A stretch of 61,418 bases of DNA, the filler included, from Candidatus Babelota bacterium (GTDB lineage: Bacteria > JAGOBX01), in the NCBI GenBank assembly GCA_017999075.1. It is 10 parts of 10 records of this genome, joined end to end, with 100 filler letters (N's around TTAATTAATTAA, not from the genome) between each part and the next. Parts side by side here need not be neighbours in the genome. Positions count along the whole stretch, not along the records: positions 57,107 to 61,418 come from JAGOBX010000362.1; 9 more parts are not named here. One strand, written 5' to 3'. Within the stretch, counting starts at the first letter, position 1, and every line of letters starts with the position of its first letter. The notes beneath the pieces are model-generated. The model had not been told where the DNA came from, made no database searches, and saw only the letters and a list, made by a program, of their open reading frames with translations. Below are positions 61,166-61,418 of this stretch, in pieces. A program made the translations under genes and the position numbers.

Positions 61166-61418
61166 TTAATTAACCTGCCGTTTTTTTTTAACTGATTTTT
61201 TAGGTTTTATCATTAAAAAAATCTTTTTGCAAATTTGTTCAGCAGTAAGATTATTTATTTTCAGCAGATATTCTCTTGAGCCGTAATTAAAATTATATTC
61301 GTCGTTTATACCTATTCTTTTAAATTTTATATGAGAATTAAAATTGTATTCTGATATTATTTCTGCAACCGCGCTTCCCAGTCCGCCTATTATATTATGT
61401 TCTTCGACAGTTACAGCT
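61166..61418 (-). CDS. Transketolase-family C-terminal domain, 5'-truncated by the window edge (not in the ORF track)
   Basis: Translates AVTVEEHNIIGGLGSAVAE...RIGINDEY...GSREYLLK; stop 32 bp before the PHP-cyclase ATG. Confidence 0.85.
   Translation of the reverse strand, partial: AVTVEEHNIIGGLGSAVAEIISEYNFNSHIKFKRIGINDEYNFNYGSREYLLKINNLTAEQICKKIFLMIKPKKSVKKKRQVN

Noticed and set aside
692-61195. Many short ORFs antisense to or overlapping long genes (e.g. 25171-25674, 35592-36005, 13418-13792)
   Set aside because: They are shadow frames of well-supported genes, with no recognisable motifs.

Overview
This AT-rich bacterial window is not one continuous locus. It is ten contigs joined by nine identical 100-bp artificial spacers (N44-TTAATTAATTAA-N44), so gene adjacency across spacers means nothing. 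The organism looks like a flagellated, chemotactic, LPS-making diderm (kdsB, fliD, flagellin, MCPs, CheW) with a PorV/T9SS-CTD-like gene pair. Contig 1 (1-21321): sigma54 activator, deoD, kdsB, aroE, a hybrid kinase, fliD with a consensus sigma28 promoter, a PorV-like gene and a giant Ig-repeat protein. Contig 2 (21422-25814): an integron cassette array with no intI visible. It has four attC sites of atypical geometry and cassettes for two MORN/YwqK paralogs, a pilin-like protein and a whole hybrid histidine kinase that is a close paralog of the non-cassette kinase in contig 1. Other contigs: recA-FapA/Jag-coaE; an NRPS fragment (T-E-C-A); a multi-receiver kinase with an ABC binding protein; chemotaxis genes; a DUF294/DUF4212/sodium:solute symporter locus; a PKS loading module with O-methyltransferase and Sfp PPTase; and nlpD plus a sigma70. 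The best candidate for an undescribed system is in the last contig: a protein of more than 1340 aa fusing an intact DnaE-type PHP domain and a polymerase-dead DnaE remnant to TPR, tandem class III (sAC-like) cyclase domains and a STAND NTPase. All domain calls come from motif recognition by eye, with no database searches.
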